DNA of 43,810 nucleotides from the IMG/VR virus record IMGVR_UViG_2671180268_000014; one strand, given 5' to 3'. Both the position numbers and the translations under genes were made by a program. Numbering within the stretch: the stretch's first letter is position 1; each line of letters starts with the position of its first letter. The notes under the pieces were generated by a model, which did not search any database, was not told the origin of the DNA, and was given only the letters and a program-made list of their open reading frames with translations. This DNA comes from a virus. Lineage: Duplodnaviria > Heunggongvirae > Uroviricota > Caudoviricetes. Shown piece by piece: positions 28,020 to 38,530 of the stretch.

Positions 28020-29115
28020 ACGGCTGCGTGATGAATCAATTGCTCATGCAGTCTGGATATCCCGCTATAGCACTGGCGTGGCTGCCAGAATGGTGAAAAT
28101 ACTGAATGACAGCGATGCGGAACTTACTGCTCGCCTGCTGATAGCACTGGACAGCCTCGATCCAGGTAGTTTTACCGTTAAGCGCCTGGAGTCACTTCTG
28201 GCGAGCGTCAGAGAGGTTAACCGCACTGCTATTAACAGCATGTTTACCAGTCTCTCCGGAGAGCTGAACGAGCTGGCAATTTATGAGGCTGGTTATCAGT
28301 TAAGTCTGTTTGATTCTATGCTACCTGATTTTGTTGCTGATGTTCACCCTCTGGTTGGTATCTCTCCTGATGCACTTTATGCCGCTGCAATGGCGCGACC
28401 ATTCCAGGGACGACTGCTCAGTGAGTGGGCCTCAGATCTTGAGGCGGATCGGCTCAGACGCATAACAAATACAGTGCGTCAGGGTTTTTTGCTGGGGGAT
28501 ACCAATGAGCAGATCGCAAGAAAAATTCGGGGACATGTCAGTAAGGGATTTCAGGATGGTGCATTGCAGATGAGCCGGGCTAATGCGGCCAGCATTGCAA
28601 AAACAGCGGTTGGACATCTTGCTGCTACTGCCCGTGAGAGTTTTGCCAGCGCGAATAATGATTTGATTAAGGGTAAGCAATGGTTATCAACGCTTGATAA
28701 TCGTACTACGCCACAATGTCGAATCAGGGATCGCCTCAAATATACGCTGAATAATAAACCTGTAGGTCACAGCGTGCCTTATTTGCAGGGGCCGGGAAAA
28801 ATTCATTTCTGCTGCCGCTCAACGGAAACGTTCATTCTGAAATCAGCGAAGGAACTGGGTATTGATGTTCGCGATATTTCCCCGGCTGAGCGGGCCAGCA
28901 TGGATGGCGTGGTGGCCGGAGATACAACCTACAGGGAATGGTTTTTGCGTCAGCCTTACACCAGACAAAAACAGATTGTGGGGGAAAGCCGAGCAAAGCT
29001 GATTCGGGATGGTGGTATGTCGCCAGATGAATTTTACACCGATAAAGGCGAATGGCTGACGCTGAAGCAGCTCCGTGAGCGTGATGCACAGGTATTCAGA
29101 AAAGCAGGGATTTAA
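28000..29115 (+). CDS. Head morphogenesis / minor head protein (Mu F-like, SPP1 gp7-like)
   Basis: 371-aa ORF overlapping the portal 3' end and followed by a strong terminator; assignment is by position and size. Confidence 0.45.
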   Translation: MMQTVNERLRDESIAHAVWISRYSTGVAARMVKILNDSDAELTARLLIALDSLDPGSFTVKRLESLLASVREVNRTAINSMFTSLSGELNELAIYEAGYQLSLFDSMLPDFVADVHPLVGISPDALYAAAMARPFQGRLLSEWASDLEADRLRRITNTVRQGFLLGDTNEQIARKIRGHVSKGFQDGALQMSRANAASIAKTAVGHLAATARESFASANNDLIKGKQWLSTLDNRTTPQCRIRDRLKYTLNNKPVGHSVPYLQGPGKIHFCCRSTETFILKSAKELGIDVRDISPAERASMDGVVAGDTTYREWFLRQPYTRQKQIVGESRAKLIRDGGMSPDEFYTDKGEWLTLKQLRERDAQVFRKAGI

Positions 29116-29134
29116 ATAAATCATTTATTACAAC

Positions 29135-29159
29135 AGGCTACCTTCGGGTGGCCTTTTTT
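29135..29159 (+). terminator. Rho-independent terminator with UUCG tetraloop
   Basis: aggctacc-ttcg-ggtggcct followed by ttttt; 8-bp stem with one G-U pair. Confidence 0.6.
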
Positions 29160-29219
29160 ATTGCTGCGATCCGGATGGTGAGCAGCGTAACTGTCGGAAG
29201 ACTTAAACCAGGTACTAAT

Positions 29220-29984
29220 ATGAAACTGAAAACGGTCGAGATTAACGGAAAACAATACGCAGAAATTGATACTGCTGGCCTGCCAGTTTATGTGCACGAC
29301 GATGGTAAAGAAATTGGCTTCGATGCACCGCTGGCGACAAAAAAAATTACAGAGCTTAATGGCGAGGCAAAAAATCATCGCCTGGCTAAAGAAGCTGCAG
29401 AGGAAAAACTGGCTAAGTTTGCCGCTATCGAAGACCCGAAGAAGGCGATCGAGGCACTGGAAATGCTGTCAAAAATCGACCAGAAAAAGCTGCTCGATGC
29501 GGGACAGGTTGACCAGGTTAAGGCAGAAATTACGAAAAATTTTCAGCAGCAATTAGATGAAGAAAAGCAACGCTCTCAGATGCTGGAGAAGCAGCTTTAC
29601 GATTCTATGATTGGCGGTAGTTTTGCGGGTTCAAAATATATTGCCGATAAAATTGCGATTCCGGCAGATTTATTACAAGCCCGCTTCGGGCAGGCATTCA
29701 AAGTGGAAGAAGGGAGGATCGTTGCTTATGACGCTTCCGGCAACAAAATTTATTCCCGCGCGAAGCCTGGCGAACTGGCGCAGTTTGATGAGGCGCTGGA
29801 GTTCCTTGTCGAAAATTACCCTCAGAAAGACTACATCCTGAAAGCCAGTGGCAACAATGGCGGCGGCTCCCGTCCGACACAGCATGATATTGGTCAGAAA
29901 ACGATGAAACGCTCTGCTTTTGATGCACTGGATGTTGCAGGTAAGCAAAACGCATTGAAAGACGGTATCACAATCGTTGATTAA
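29220..29984 (+). CDS. Scaffolding-like protein
   Basis: Helical, charged protein with coiled-coil-like regions, directly upstream of the major capsid gene. Start at MKLKTVEING; the ORF-track start at 29148 overlaps the terminator. Confidence 0.45.
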   Translation: MKLKTVEINGKQYAEIDTAGLPVYVHDDGKEIGFDAPLATKKITELNGEAKNHRLAKEAAEEKLAKFAAIEDPKKAIEALEMLSKIDQKKLLDAGQVDQVKAEITKNFQQQLDEEKQRSQMLEKQLYDSMIGGSFAGSKYIADKIAIPADLLQARFGQAFKVEEGRIVAYDASGNKIYSRAKPGELAQFDEALEFLVENYPQKDYILKASGNNGGGSRPTQHDIGQKTMKRSAFDALDVAGKQNALKDGITIVD

Positions 29985-30082
29985 CACATTTGTCAGCTTC
30001 CGGATGGGAGCTGGTGTCAGGGCTGGATAGCTCATTACTCCATCTATTCACAATTACGCAAATTTTTAAGGAATATTTAATT

Positions 30083-31222
30083 ATGGCTGGAAATACCCTG
30101 ACCGGGTTGATCCCGACTATTTATACCGCCCTGGATGTTGTATCCCGTGAGCAGGTAGGTTTTATCCCTGCGGTAGCAAAAAACGCAAAAGCTGACGCCG
30201 CAGCAAAAGATCAGACGGTAACCGCGCCAGTTGCGCCTGAGGCGAAAACCGAAGATATCGTACCGGGGCCGTCAGCTCCGAATACCGGTGATCAAAATAT
30301 TGGCACTGTTGATGTAAAAATTACTAAATCCAAAATGGCACCGGTTAAATGGAATGGTGAAGAACAACTGGCTCTTGGCCCTTCAGGGACTTACAACACC
30401 ATTCTGGCTGATCAGTTCAAGCAGGCTTTTCGCGCCCTTGCAAACGAGGTTGAGGCTGATCTTGGTGCGTTGTATTTCGGTGCTTCCCGCGCCGTGGGAA
30501 CCGCAGGGACAACGCCGTTTGGTGTTAAAGATGATCTTTCTGATGCTGCTCTGGCTCGTCAGGTTCTGGAGGATAACGGCGCACCGACAACCGATCTGCA
30601 GATGGTGCTTGGCTCCACTGCCATTGCTAATTTGCGCGGAAAACAGTCTGTATTGTTTAAAGTGAATGAATCCGGCACTGAACAGCTACTGCGTGAGGGC
30701 GTGTTGGGGCGTCTGGAGGGATTCAATATTCACAGTTCGGCAGGTGTGAAACGAGCGCCAAAGGTTGCTGCAACTGGTTATCTCGTGAATGGAGAGAAAA
30801 AAGAAGGCGATGTTCTTATTTCCATTGATACTGGTTCGGGGAGTATTTCTGCAGGTCAGATTGTTACGTTCGCTGGTGATCCGAATCAGTATGTTGTGGC
30901 AGCAGCGACCAGCAATCTGATTACTCTTGCAGCGCCCGGACTGCGTCAGGATCTGGCCGATGATACTGCCATCACAGTTGTTGGGGCCTTTACTGCAAAT
31001 ATGGCGTTTGATCGCAACGCGTTTCTGCTGGCATCCCGTACTCCGGCAATGCCGGAAGGTGGCGATAATGCTGATGATGTAATGAATGTTACGGACCCGA
31101 TTTCAGGGATTACGTTCCAGATTGCACTGTATCGTCAGTATCGCCAGGTGCGCTATGAAGTTGGACTGGCATGGGGTGTTTCATCAGTGAAGCCGGCACA
31201 TGGTTGTCTGATTCTTGGTTAA
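30083..31222 (+). CDS. Major capsid protein
   Basis: About 380 aa, AAGGA SD, followed by a strong terminator hairpin. Start at MAGNTLTGL. Confidence 0.6.
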   Translation: MAGNTLTGLIPTIYTALDVVSREQVGFIPAVAKNAKADAAAKDQTVTAPVAPEAKTEDIVPGPSAPNTGDQNIGTVDVKITKSKMAPVKWNGEEQLALGPSGTYNTILADQFKQAFRALANEVEADLGALYFGASRAVGTAGTTPFGVKDDLSDAALARQVLEDNGAPTTDLQMVLGSTAIANLRGKQSVLFKVNESGTEQLLREGVLGRLEGFNIHSSAGVKRAPKVAATGYLVNGEKKEGDVLISIDTGSGSISAGQIVTFAGDPNQYVVAAATSNLITLAAPGLRQDLADDTAITVVGAFTANMAFDRNAFLLASRTPAMPEGGDNADDVMNVTDPISGITFQIALYRQYRQVRYEVGLAWGVSSVKPAHGCLILG

Positions 31223-31232
31223 ACATTCAAAC

Positions 31233-31253
31233 GGGGCTTCGGCCCCATTTTTA
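31233..31253 (+). terminator. Rho-independent terminator with UUCG tetraloop after the capsid gene
   Basis: ggggc-ttcg-gcccc followed by atttttaat. Confidence 0.55.
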
Positions 31254-31264
31254 ATGGGGGGCAT

Positions 31265-31441
31265 ATGGCCGGATTAACTAAAGAGCAAAGAGCACAGCGT
31301 GAAGCCGCACAAAAAACGCAAATTGAGTTAGTGGTTATGGTGACCGATTATCAGATGTTTCCCGGCGCACCAACTATCGCTAATGTTCATCCTGATGAAG
31401 TTGACAACTGGAAGGCTATGGGCTGGAAAACTCAGGAGTAA
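31265..31441 (+). CDS. Hypothetical small protein (58 aa)
   Basis: Hand-translated: MAGLTKEQRAQREAAQKTQIELVVMVTDYQMFPGAPTIANVHPDEVDNWKAMGWKTQE. Fills the gap between capsid and head-tail genes. Confidence 0.3.
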   Translation: MAGLTKEQRAQREAAQKTQIELVVMVTDYQMFPGAPTIANVHPDEVDNWKAMGWKTQE

Positions 31442-31444
31442 CAC

Positions 31445-31840
31445 ATGATCACTTACGTGACCTGTGATGACGTTGATAATGCGTTTGGGAACGCCTGGAC
31501 GAGTGAGAACGCTAAAAATAAAGCTGTTTTAATGGCTAATGCCTGGCTTAATGGCTTCAACCTGAAAATTAACCCATCCCGTATTCCGGAAGAGGTAAAA
31601 CTTGCGGGAGCATATGCAGCCAGAATTGCCTCATTCGGTAAGTTGTTTCAGCAGAAAAATGATTCTGGCGTTGTTATCAGTAAAGCCGTGTCGGCTGACG
31701 GGGTCAGTGTATCGAAATCATTTTCTGAGTTGCCAGCAAACAGCACTGCATTGCTTGAACCCGATTTACAGCTTGCGATAGCACTGCTGAAACCGTACGG
31801 ACTTAGTCGCTCACAAGTCAGGGTTGTGAGGGGGGGATAA
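31445..31840 (+). CDS. Head-tail connector / head completion protein (putative)
   Basis: 131-aa ORF with AGGAG SD, first of four tightly packed small genes between capsid and tail tube. Position-based. Confidence 0.35.
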   Translation: MITYVTCDDVDNAFGNAWTSENAKNKAVLMANAWLNGFNLKINPSRIPEEVKLAGAYAARIASFGKLFQQKNDSGVVISKAVSADGVSVSKSFSELPANSTALLEPDLQLAIALLKPYGLSRSQVRVVRGG

Positions 31841-32223
31841 TGGGGCTTCGTGAAGAGATTCAGTCAGAGGTTGCCGCTGCTTTTGATGAGGATTTAGCGG
31901 ACGCCGTGAGTGATTTTTCTGGTTCTTACGTTACGCACCGGCACTGGGATCCTGTGACGGAAACTGGCGGCGAATCAACCGCAATCTATACCGGGCGAGG
32001 CGTGTTGACACGTTATAAGCTGGGCAGAATTGATGGGATTAATATTTTGCATGGTGACCTTAAATTAACCGCTCTGGTATGCGAGGTTACGGATAAACCA
32101 GCTGTCGACCATATTATTGAGATTTATGATCCTGTATCAAGGCAGTTACAACGATACGAGGTAATTACAGCAAGTGTAGATCCTTCCGCATCAGTTTACT
32201 CTATCCAGTTAAGGAGAGCGTAA
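31840..32223 (+). CDS. Head-tail joining protein (putative)
   Basis: 127-aa ORF with overlapping start/stop. Position-based. Confidence 0.3.
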   Translation: MGLREEIQSEVAAAFDEDLADAVSDFSGSYVTHRHWDPVTETGGESTAIYTGRGVLTRYKLGRIDGINILHGDLKLTALVCEVTDKPAVDHIIEIYDPVSRQLQRYEVITASVDPSASVYSIQLRRA

Positions 32224-32604
32224 ATGGCAAAGGCATGGGATATAGAACCGTCAATATTTGCCGGGATGATTGAGGAAGATGTAGGGCTGAAGATTCGCTA
32301 CATCGCTATGCAGATTCTTACTGCTATTGATATTGCTGCTCCGGTTGATACCGGACGTTTCAGAAATAACAACCTGGTGTCGTTACAGCATCCCGATTTT
32401 GGTATATCTGATAACGTGGATCCGAACGGTACGATTGCTGTTCAGCGTGGGATCGGGGTTATTTCGAAAGCTGCAAATTACGGGGTTATTTATATCCAGA
32501 ATAACCTTCCTTATGCAGAGGCTCTTGAAAACGGTCATTCACAACAAGCGCCAACTGGCGTGTATGCCAACGCTTTTCATGGTGTTTTACAGGCTTACAA
32601 ATGA
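32224..32604 (+). CDS. Head-tail joining protein (HK97 gp10-like, putative)
   Basis: 126-aa ORF abutting neighbours. Position-based. Confidence 0.3.
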   Translation: MAKAWDIEPSIFAGMIEEDVGLKIRYIAMQILTAIDIAAPVDTGRFRNNNLVSLQHPDFGISDNVDPNGTIAVQRGIGVISKAANYGVIYIQNNLPYAEALENGHSQQAPTGVYANAFHGVLQAYK

Positions 32605-32993
32605 AGTTTACTGAAATCAGAAATACGGTTATTTCCAGAATGACGGCACAGACGATTATTGATGGAAAAGACGTATTGTATCCGAACGGGCCAACGTTCG
32701 ATCCTTCCGGTAAGTTAATCTGGGCGCGGTTAAGTAATATTCCCGGGCAGGCTGGAGTTAATGAAATTGGCGCGGGGCCGGTTGTTTATCGCACGGGGAT
32801 AATCATTATTCAGTTATTTGTCCCCGCAGGTTCTGGTTCAAAACTCATTACTGAGACAGCCGATAAATTGCGGGAACTGTTTGAGTTTCAGGATGACGAT
32901 CGTCTCAGTTACCAGGCTGTTTCCTCAATAGCCGTTGGCGAAAAGAATGGCTGGTTCCAGCTTAATCTTCAAATTCCATATCGCGCGCTCTAG
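32601..32993 (+). CDS. Tail completion protein (putative)
   Basis: 130-aa ORF directly upstream of the major tail gene. Position-based. Confidence 0.3.
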   Translation: MKFTEIRNTVISRMTAQTIIDGKDVLYPNGPTFDPSGKLIWARLSNIPGQAGVNEIGAGPVVYRTGIIIIQLFVPAGSGSKLITETADKLRELFEFQDDDRLSYQAVSSIAVGEKNGWFQLNLQIPYRAL

Positions 32994-33019
32994 CGCAATT
33001 AATGACATAGGAGGCTCCT

Positions 33020-33982
33020 GTGAGTTCAGGTGCAAAGGTTATCTCGGCATTTATCCGGGAGACGGTTGCAGGCACTACGCCAGCAAGTGGTGACTGGAGT
33101 TTATTAAAACGCACAAGCTGGGGAGTAAAACCCACCCAGAATAAAGGCGAAAATAATGAGATTGGTGGCTCCCGGATGGCTCAGGGGGCGACGCCTGGCA
33201 CTGTGGATGTCGGCGGTGATGTTGGTACCAAATTTCGCTGGGGTCAACATGATGATTTTCTTGCATCCTGTTTCGGCGCGGAATGGTCAGGCGATTCTCT
33301 GACAATGGGGAATGAGCGAATAACATTTTCTCTGGCGACCTATGCGTCCGATGTCGGAATTGCCTCTGTCGTCAGAGGAGCGCAGGTTGGCTCATGGAAA
33401 ATGCAGATCCCTAACGACGGCGATATTACAGCGACCGTAACCTTTGCCGGACTGGACTGGGAATCAAAGGCCGATGATACGAATTTTATCAAAGGCGAAC
33501 CTGTGGATAGTGCAGGAAAGCTACGTTATTCGTTTAAGGAGGTTTCAGCAGTAAGCCTGAATGGTGTTGCCGGAGGTAACGGTTTTTGTATCGACAGTTT
33601 TGATATTCAGTTCGATAACAAACTCCAGACACAGCGTTGTATCGGGACTGGCTCGCCTTATGCAGGAGCAAATATTCCGACTACTTTTACACCGTCCGGT
33701 ACGGTGACGCTTTCATGGTCTAAAGCCGCGTGGGAAATCTGGAGTAAAACACTGACTGGAGAAACAGTTCCGTTCAGCTTCACGCTTTCGAATGGAGAGG
33801 GGGCATACACTTTCAGTTTCCCGAAGGTTCAGGTGTCAGGTGAATGGCCTGATGGGGGTAATAGCGACATTATCCAGGTTCAATTGAGCATTACCGCAGC
33901 AGATGAAGCACCTACGATAACCAGAAAAAAAAATTCCCCGGCTGCCGTGATCGCAAAAGCCAGTGCTGAGGCGATTAGTTGA
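33020..33982 (+). CDS. Major tail tube protein
   Basis: 320-aa protein upstream of the G/GT chaperone pair and tape measure; Thr/Ser/Gly-rich. Not lambda V-like. Confidence 0.5.
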   Translation: MSSGAKVISAFIRETVAGTTPASGDWSLLKRTSWGVKPTQNKGENNEIGGSRMAQGATPGTVDVGGDVGTKFRWGQHDDFLASCFGAEWSGDSLTMGNERITFSLATYASDVGIASVVRGAQVGSWKMQIPNDGDITATVTFAGLDWESKADDTNFIKGEPVDSAGKLRYSFKEVSAVSLNGVAGGNGFCIDSFDIQFDNKLQTQRCIGTGSPYAGANIPTTFTPSGTVTLSWSKAAWEIWSKTLTGETVPFSFTLSNGEGAYTFSFPKVQVSGEWPDGGNSDIIQVQLSITAADEAPTITRKKNSPAAVIAKASAEAIS

Positions 33983-34030
33983 TTTTCCGTTATTCCTCCT
34001 GTGGTACTGCCCTACAGGGGGACGCATTGA

Positions 34031-34492
34031 ATGAGGTTATGGATGTTTATTCTTAATCAGAAAATTATCATTGGTGGAGAACGCTGGTTTACGCCAATGA
34101 AGGACTTAAAACCTGTAGACGGGTTAAAACTGTTGGTGGCAAGCAGCGATAACGATCAGTATCGCTCCCGTAATGCATTAATCCGTCGCCACATTGAGAA
34201 AATGGATGCCAGTTTGCACGTCGGAACGAAGGAGTTTGATATTTCAAAGGTTTCCGAGGTGGATTCTGTTGATGATTTACTCATTGATAATGCCGCTCGT
34301 TATCTGCTGAAAGACTGGAAAGGGGTTGGTGAACTGGTTAATGGTGTTGAGGTTGCACTGGAATATACGGCAGAACGAGGGATCGCGCTGCTTAAGCAGA
34401 ATCCAGAGTTGTACTGGCAGATCCTTGCAGAAGCAGCCAGCATCGCCCAGGGTAAAGAGCAGCAGAAGCAGGATACGATAAAAAAGCCATAG
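34031..34492 (+). CDS. Tail assembly chaperone G
   Basis: 153-aa ORF ending ...QDTIKKP with an in-frame A_AAA_AAG slippery heptamer at 34480-34486, immediately upstream of the tape measure gene. Confidence 0.6.
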   Translation: MRLWMFILNQKIIIGGERWFTPMKDLKPVDGLKLLVASSDNDQYRSRNALIRRHIEKMDASLHVGTKEFDISKVSEVDSVDDLLIDNAARYLLKDWKGVGELVNGVEVALEYTAERGIALLKQNPELYWQILAEAASIAQGKEQQKQDTIKKP

Positions 34493-34800
34493 CTGCCCAG
34501 CGGTGGTTATCGGAGTTCGGGGGAGAAAGGGGGGAAAAGGCAAGATGGAAGCGAGAAAAACTCAGGTTGCCACCGATACCGGAACCAGAAATAGACCCGG
34601 TGCTTAAGGAGTTGTTGTACGCCTATTCGGTAATATCCCGTGCCCGACGTTATGCTGGAATGGCTGGGGTGCCTTTGCCTTTATCTCTGACAGAGATAAA
34701 TGAATATTTAGCCACTCATCCGGTATTGATTGAGCGCGATGAATTTGAAGCAGTGATCTTTGCACTGGATGACCAGTATTTTCAGGAGCAGTGTGTGTAG
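34031..34800 (+). CDS. Tail assembly chaperone GT, product of a -1 programmed frameshift
   Basis: The -1 frame stays open from the slippery site to 34800 (verified codon by codon: ...KK-AIAAQRWLSEFGGERGEKARWKREKLRLPPIPEPEIDPV...). Confidence 0.5.
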
Positions 34801-34920
34801 TTGTTAATTACGTACACTCTGTTACAGAGATGTGATGGTGTCTTTAATTAAATCGATGATGCTCCTGGAGAAAAGCATTGCGTGGCCTCGTAATCGCTAT
34901 ATCTACTATTATGTCGCCTG

Positions 34921-34945
34921 AAACCCACTTCGCGGTGGGTTTTTT
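34921..34945 (+). terminator. Terminator-like hairpin between GT and the tape measure gene
   Basis: aaacccac-ttcgc-ggtgggttttttg; stem followed by a T-run. Probably an attenuator. Confidence 0.45.
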
Positions 34946-34965
34946 GTTGTCAGGAGTTTTAATAA

Positions 34966-37900
34966 ATGGCAGAGCAAACCTCGCGTCTCGCAATAATTAT
35001 TGATAGCACTGGAGCGAAAAATAATGCTGACAATCTGACCTCCTCATTAGTCAAAATGACGCAGGCTGGGGAAACTGCTGCAAATAGCGCAGGGAAAGTG
35101 ACTAAGGCAACAGAAGATGAGAAGAACGCGCTCGCAAAATTAAAAGCAGCTATTGATCCAGTTGGTGCCGCAATTGATACTGTCGGTCGACGCTATTCTG
35201 AATTAAAGAAATTTTTCGATAAAGGGCTTATTGATAAAGAAGAATATGAATTTCTTGTCCGTAAACTTAATGAAACCACAGAGGAATTGAGCGGGGTTGC
35301 GCAAGCGCAGAGAGAAGCCGAGAAGGCCGGAAAACTTGCTGCCGCCCAGCAGGAAGCGCAGGCTCAGGCCTTTCAAAGAATGCTGGACAAGATCGACCCT
35401 CTGGCTGCGGCGCTAAGAAATCTTGAACAACAGCATGATGAACTTAATGCTGCGTTTGCATCCGGGAAAATAAATGGTTCTCAGTTTGAGAATTATAGCC
35501 GAAAAATACAGGAAACACGGCGAGAGCTTACCGGAGAGGCTCAGGCAGAGCGAGAAGCAGCAAAAGCGCATGATGAACAGGTTGTTGCTTTGCAACGTCT
35601 GATTGCTCAACTTGATCCTGTCGGAACTGCTTTTAATCGTCTGGTAGAACAACAGAAACAGCTCAATGAAGCAAAAGCTAAGGGGATGCTTTCTCCTGAA
35701 ATGTATGAGGAGCTTTCTGGAAAACTTCGTGCTATGCGGAGTGAGCTTGAGGTTACTCAATCACAATTAAGCAAAACCGGAATGTCGGCAAAACAAACGG
35801 CTTTTGCTATGCGCATGTTGCCTGTACAAATGACGGATATTGTTGTTGGGTTGTCCACTGGTCAGTCGCCATTTATGGTGTTAATGCAGCAGGGCGGCCA
35901 GCTAAAAGATATGTTCGGTGGGATTGGCCCGGCGATCAAAGGTGTAGGTTCTTATGTGCTGGGATTAATTAATCCTTTTACCCTGGCCGCAGCAGCCGTT
36001 GGGGTCTTAGGACTGGCTTACTATAAAGGCTCTCAGGAGCAGGACGAATTTAATAAATCTCTTATTCTTACCGGAAATCAGTTGGGGACAACCAGCGGGC
36101 AATTGGGCGATATAGCTCAACGTGCCGGGAATGCGGCTGATTCGACAACTGGTGCTGCGGCGGCAGTATTAAATCAGCTTGTGCGTTCGGGAAAGGTAGC
36201 GAGCAGTTCGCTGGAGCAAGTGACGACAGCGATAGTAAAAACGAGCGAAGTAACAGGAATATCAACCGAACAACTGGTTAATGACTTCAATGAAATTGCA
36301 AAGGATCCTGTCAGTGCCATATCAAAACTTAATGATCAGTACCATTTTCTGACACTTGCGACTTATAACCAGATTAAGGCGCTACAGGATGAAGGGAACC
36401 AGCAGGAGGCCGCCCGCATTGCGACAGAAGAATACTCATCCTCAATGATCCAGCGCACCAACCAGATTAAAGAAAATCTTGGTTATCTTGAGACTGCATG
36501 GAAAGCTGTCGCAGACTCCGCAAAATGGGCATGGGATTCCATGCTGGATATTGGCCGTGAGGCCTCCCTTGATCAAAAAATCTCAGATGTTCTCCGTCAA
36601 ATTGATGAAATAGAAAAAAATACCCGACCCGGAGTTTTCGGGTTAGGTGGCATTGGAGATGGCGGAGCTCAAAATAAAAGGCTGGCACGATTAAAGCAGC
36701 AATTGGGCGTACTTCAAGCAGAAAAAATTGCTCAGGACGTACTAAATTCATCAATAAACGATTACAACAAGCGACAACAGGAAGGAATTGAACTCAGACA
36801 GAGAGCAGATGCCTTTTCAAAACAATATCAGACCCGGGAGCAGCAGAGAGCTAGTGAACTTGCAAAACTGGAAAAGCTAAAGAATCAGTATTCAAAGGAA
36901 GAATATAATAATCTTATCGCTCAAATAAATGAGCGTTATAAAGATCCAAAGCAACCAAAGGCGAAAGGTTATTCTGATGATGCAGCCCAACGAATGATTG
37001 ATCATCTGAATCAACAGAATGCGTTACTAAGTTCACAAGCTGAGTTGACCGTTAAATTAAGTTCCTCTGAACAGGAACTGGTTAAGTGGCGTCAGCGGAT
37101 TGCCGACCTAGAGTCACGACCATCATCGAAATTAACCCAGGATCAGAAATCGCTTCTCTTACACCGGGAAGAAATAACCACGTTGATGGAGAAAAATGTT
37201 GCGATTGAAAAAAATAACAGGCTAATCAAGGAATCCGCCGAAATAACAGCATGGCGTGATTCATTGCAGGCTTCGATTGATAATCGTCAGCAGGGGTATG
37301 ATATTCAGATTGCTGGTTATGGGGTTGGCGATAAAAATCAGCAACGCCAGCAGGAATTACTGCGGATTGAACATGGATATAACAATCAGCGTCTGCAACT
37401 TGAACGTGACTATGCAGATAAATCCCGTGGAATGTCAGATCATGTTTTTCAAGAGAAAATGCAGGCTCTGAATGATGCTCTGGAACGGGAAAAAGAAATT
37501 GTCAGACAGAAAAACGAGCAGCTCGATATTCAGGCAGGAGACTGGGTTAGTGGTGCCTCCCAGGGATTCAATAACTGGCTGGATGACACTAAGGATATCA
37601 GTGAGCAGATAAAATCAACCACGACTCAGATGTTTGATGGGATGACCGATGCGCTGGGTGATTTTGTCACGACAGGCAAGGCAAATTTTCGTTCTTTCGC
37701 TACTTCCGTGATTTCGGATCTTAGTCGAATAGCATTAAAGGCTTCAATTACTGGGATTTTCGACAGCATTAGTAACAGTTCTTCTGGGGGGATTTTAGGA
37801 ACTATCGGGAGTGCTATTAGTAAATTTATTCCGAATGCAAAGGGCGGTGTTTATGAGTCTCCGTCATTGAGCACGTATTCGAACGGTATTTATGATTCCC

Positions 37901-38199
37901 CGCAATTTTTTGCTTTTGCAAAAGGGGCTGGTGTTTTTGGTGAGGCTGGACCGGAAGCCATTATGCCATTAACACGAACTTCCGATGGTTCTCTTGGTGT
38001 CAGAGCTATTAATAGTAAAAGTGGTAATGGAGGCGGAGATATTACCTATGCCCCTGTATACCAAATCACTATTCAAAATGACGGCCAGAATGGAGAGATT
38101 GGCCCTCAGGCAATAAAAGCACTTATGGGGATGGTTGATCAGCGGGTGCAGGGCAATCTGTTAAATATGCGACGTGATGGGGGAATGTTAAGTGGCTAA
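34966..38199 (+). CDS. Tail tape measure protein (1077 aa)
   Basis: Long helical, coiled-coil-rich ORF. C-terminal region [55 protein letters not shown] resembles recalled lambda H. Confidence 0.8.
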   Translation: MAEQTSRLAIIIDSTGAKNNADNLTSSLVKMTQAGETAANSAGKVTKATEDEKNALAKLKAAIDPVGAAIDTVGRRYSELKKFFDKGLIDKEEYEFLVRKLNETTEELSGVAQAQREAEKAGKLAAAQQEAQAQAFQRMLDKIDPLAAALRNLEQQHDELNAAFASGKINGSQFENYSRKIQETRRELTGEAQAEREAAKAHDEQVVALQRLIAQLDPVGTAFNRLVEQQKQLNEAKAKGMLSPEMYEELSGKLRAMRSELEVTQSQLSKTGMSAKQTAFAMRMLPVQMTDIVVGLSTGQSPFMVLMQQGGQLKDMFGGIGPAIKGVGSYVLGLINPFTLAAAAVGVLGLAYYKGSQEQDEFNKSLILTGNQLGTTSGQLGDIAQRAGNAADSTTGAAAAVLNQLVRSGKVASSSLEQVTTAIVKTSEVTGISTEQLVNDFNEIAKDPVSAISKLNDQYHFLTLATYNQIKALQDEGNQQEAARIATEEYSSSMIQRTNQIKENLGYLETAWKAVADSAKWAWDSMLDIGREASLDQKISDVLRQIDEIEKNTRPGVFGLGGIGDGGAQNKRLARLKQQLGVLQAEKIAQDVLNSSINDYNKRQQEGIELRQRADAFSKQYQTREQQRASELAKLEKLKNQYSKEEYNNLIAQINERYKDPKQPKAKGYSDDAAQRMIDHLNQQNALLSSQAELTVKLSSSEQELVKWRQRIADLESRPSSKLTQDQKSLLLHREEITTLMEKNVAIEKNNRLIKESAEITAWRDSLQASIDNRQQGYDIQIAGYGVGDKNQQRQQELLRIEHGYNNQRLQLERDYADKSRGMSDHVFQEKMQALNDALEREKEIVRQKNEQLDIQAGDWVSGASQGFNNWLDDTKDISEQIKSTTTQMFDGMTDALGDFVTTGKANFRSFATSVISDLSRIALKASITGIFDSISNSSSGGILGTIGSAISKFIPNAKGGVYESPSLSTYSNGIYDSPQFFAFAKGAGVFGEAGPEAIMPLTRTSDGSLGVRAINSKSGNGGGDITYAPVYQITIQNDGQNGEIGPQAIKALMGMVDQRVQGNLLNMRRDGGMLSG

Positions 38200-38530
38200 T
38201 ACGGAAGAATTTCACTGGTTACCAGAGGATGGAATGAAAACAGAAAATAAACCATCGATAAAAACTGTAAGATTTGGTGATGGTTATGAGCAACGAAGTC
38301 CAAATGGACTTAATCATTCTCTGCGCGTTTTCACCTGTGATTTCAAAGTTGAGGCGAATGAACGTGATTCATTTGAAAAATTTTTAGCCCGGCATGAAGG
38401 CTATAAATCTTTTTTTTGGCGCCCGCCGGGTATTAACAGAAAAATCAGAGTGGTGTGTCGAACGTGGTCAGCGACAGAACATATCACCTATACCGATTTT
38501 TCGTGTCAGTTTGACGAAGTGGTGATCTGA
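38192..38530 (+). CDS. M: Minor tail protein M (lambda M-like)
   Basis: [16 protein letters not shown]...[19 protein letters not shown]...FDEVVI aligns with recalled lambda gpM. GTG start. Confidence 0.85.
   Translation: MANTEEFHWLPEDGMKTENKPSIKTVRFGDGYEQRSPNGLNHSLRVFTCDFKVEANERDSFEKFLARHEGYKSFFWRPPGINRKIRVVCRTWSATEHITYTDFSCQFDEVVI

Noticed and set aside
35413-35760. 115-aa minus-strand ORF and other small ORFs inside the tape measure gene
   Set aside because: Antisense or out of frame within a continuous 1077-aa ORF that has lambda H-like C-terminal similarity.
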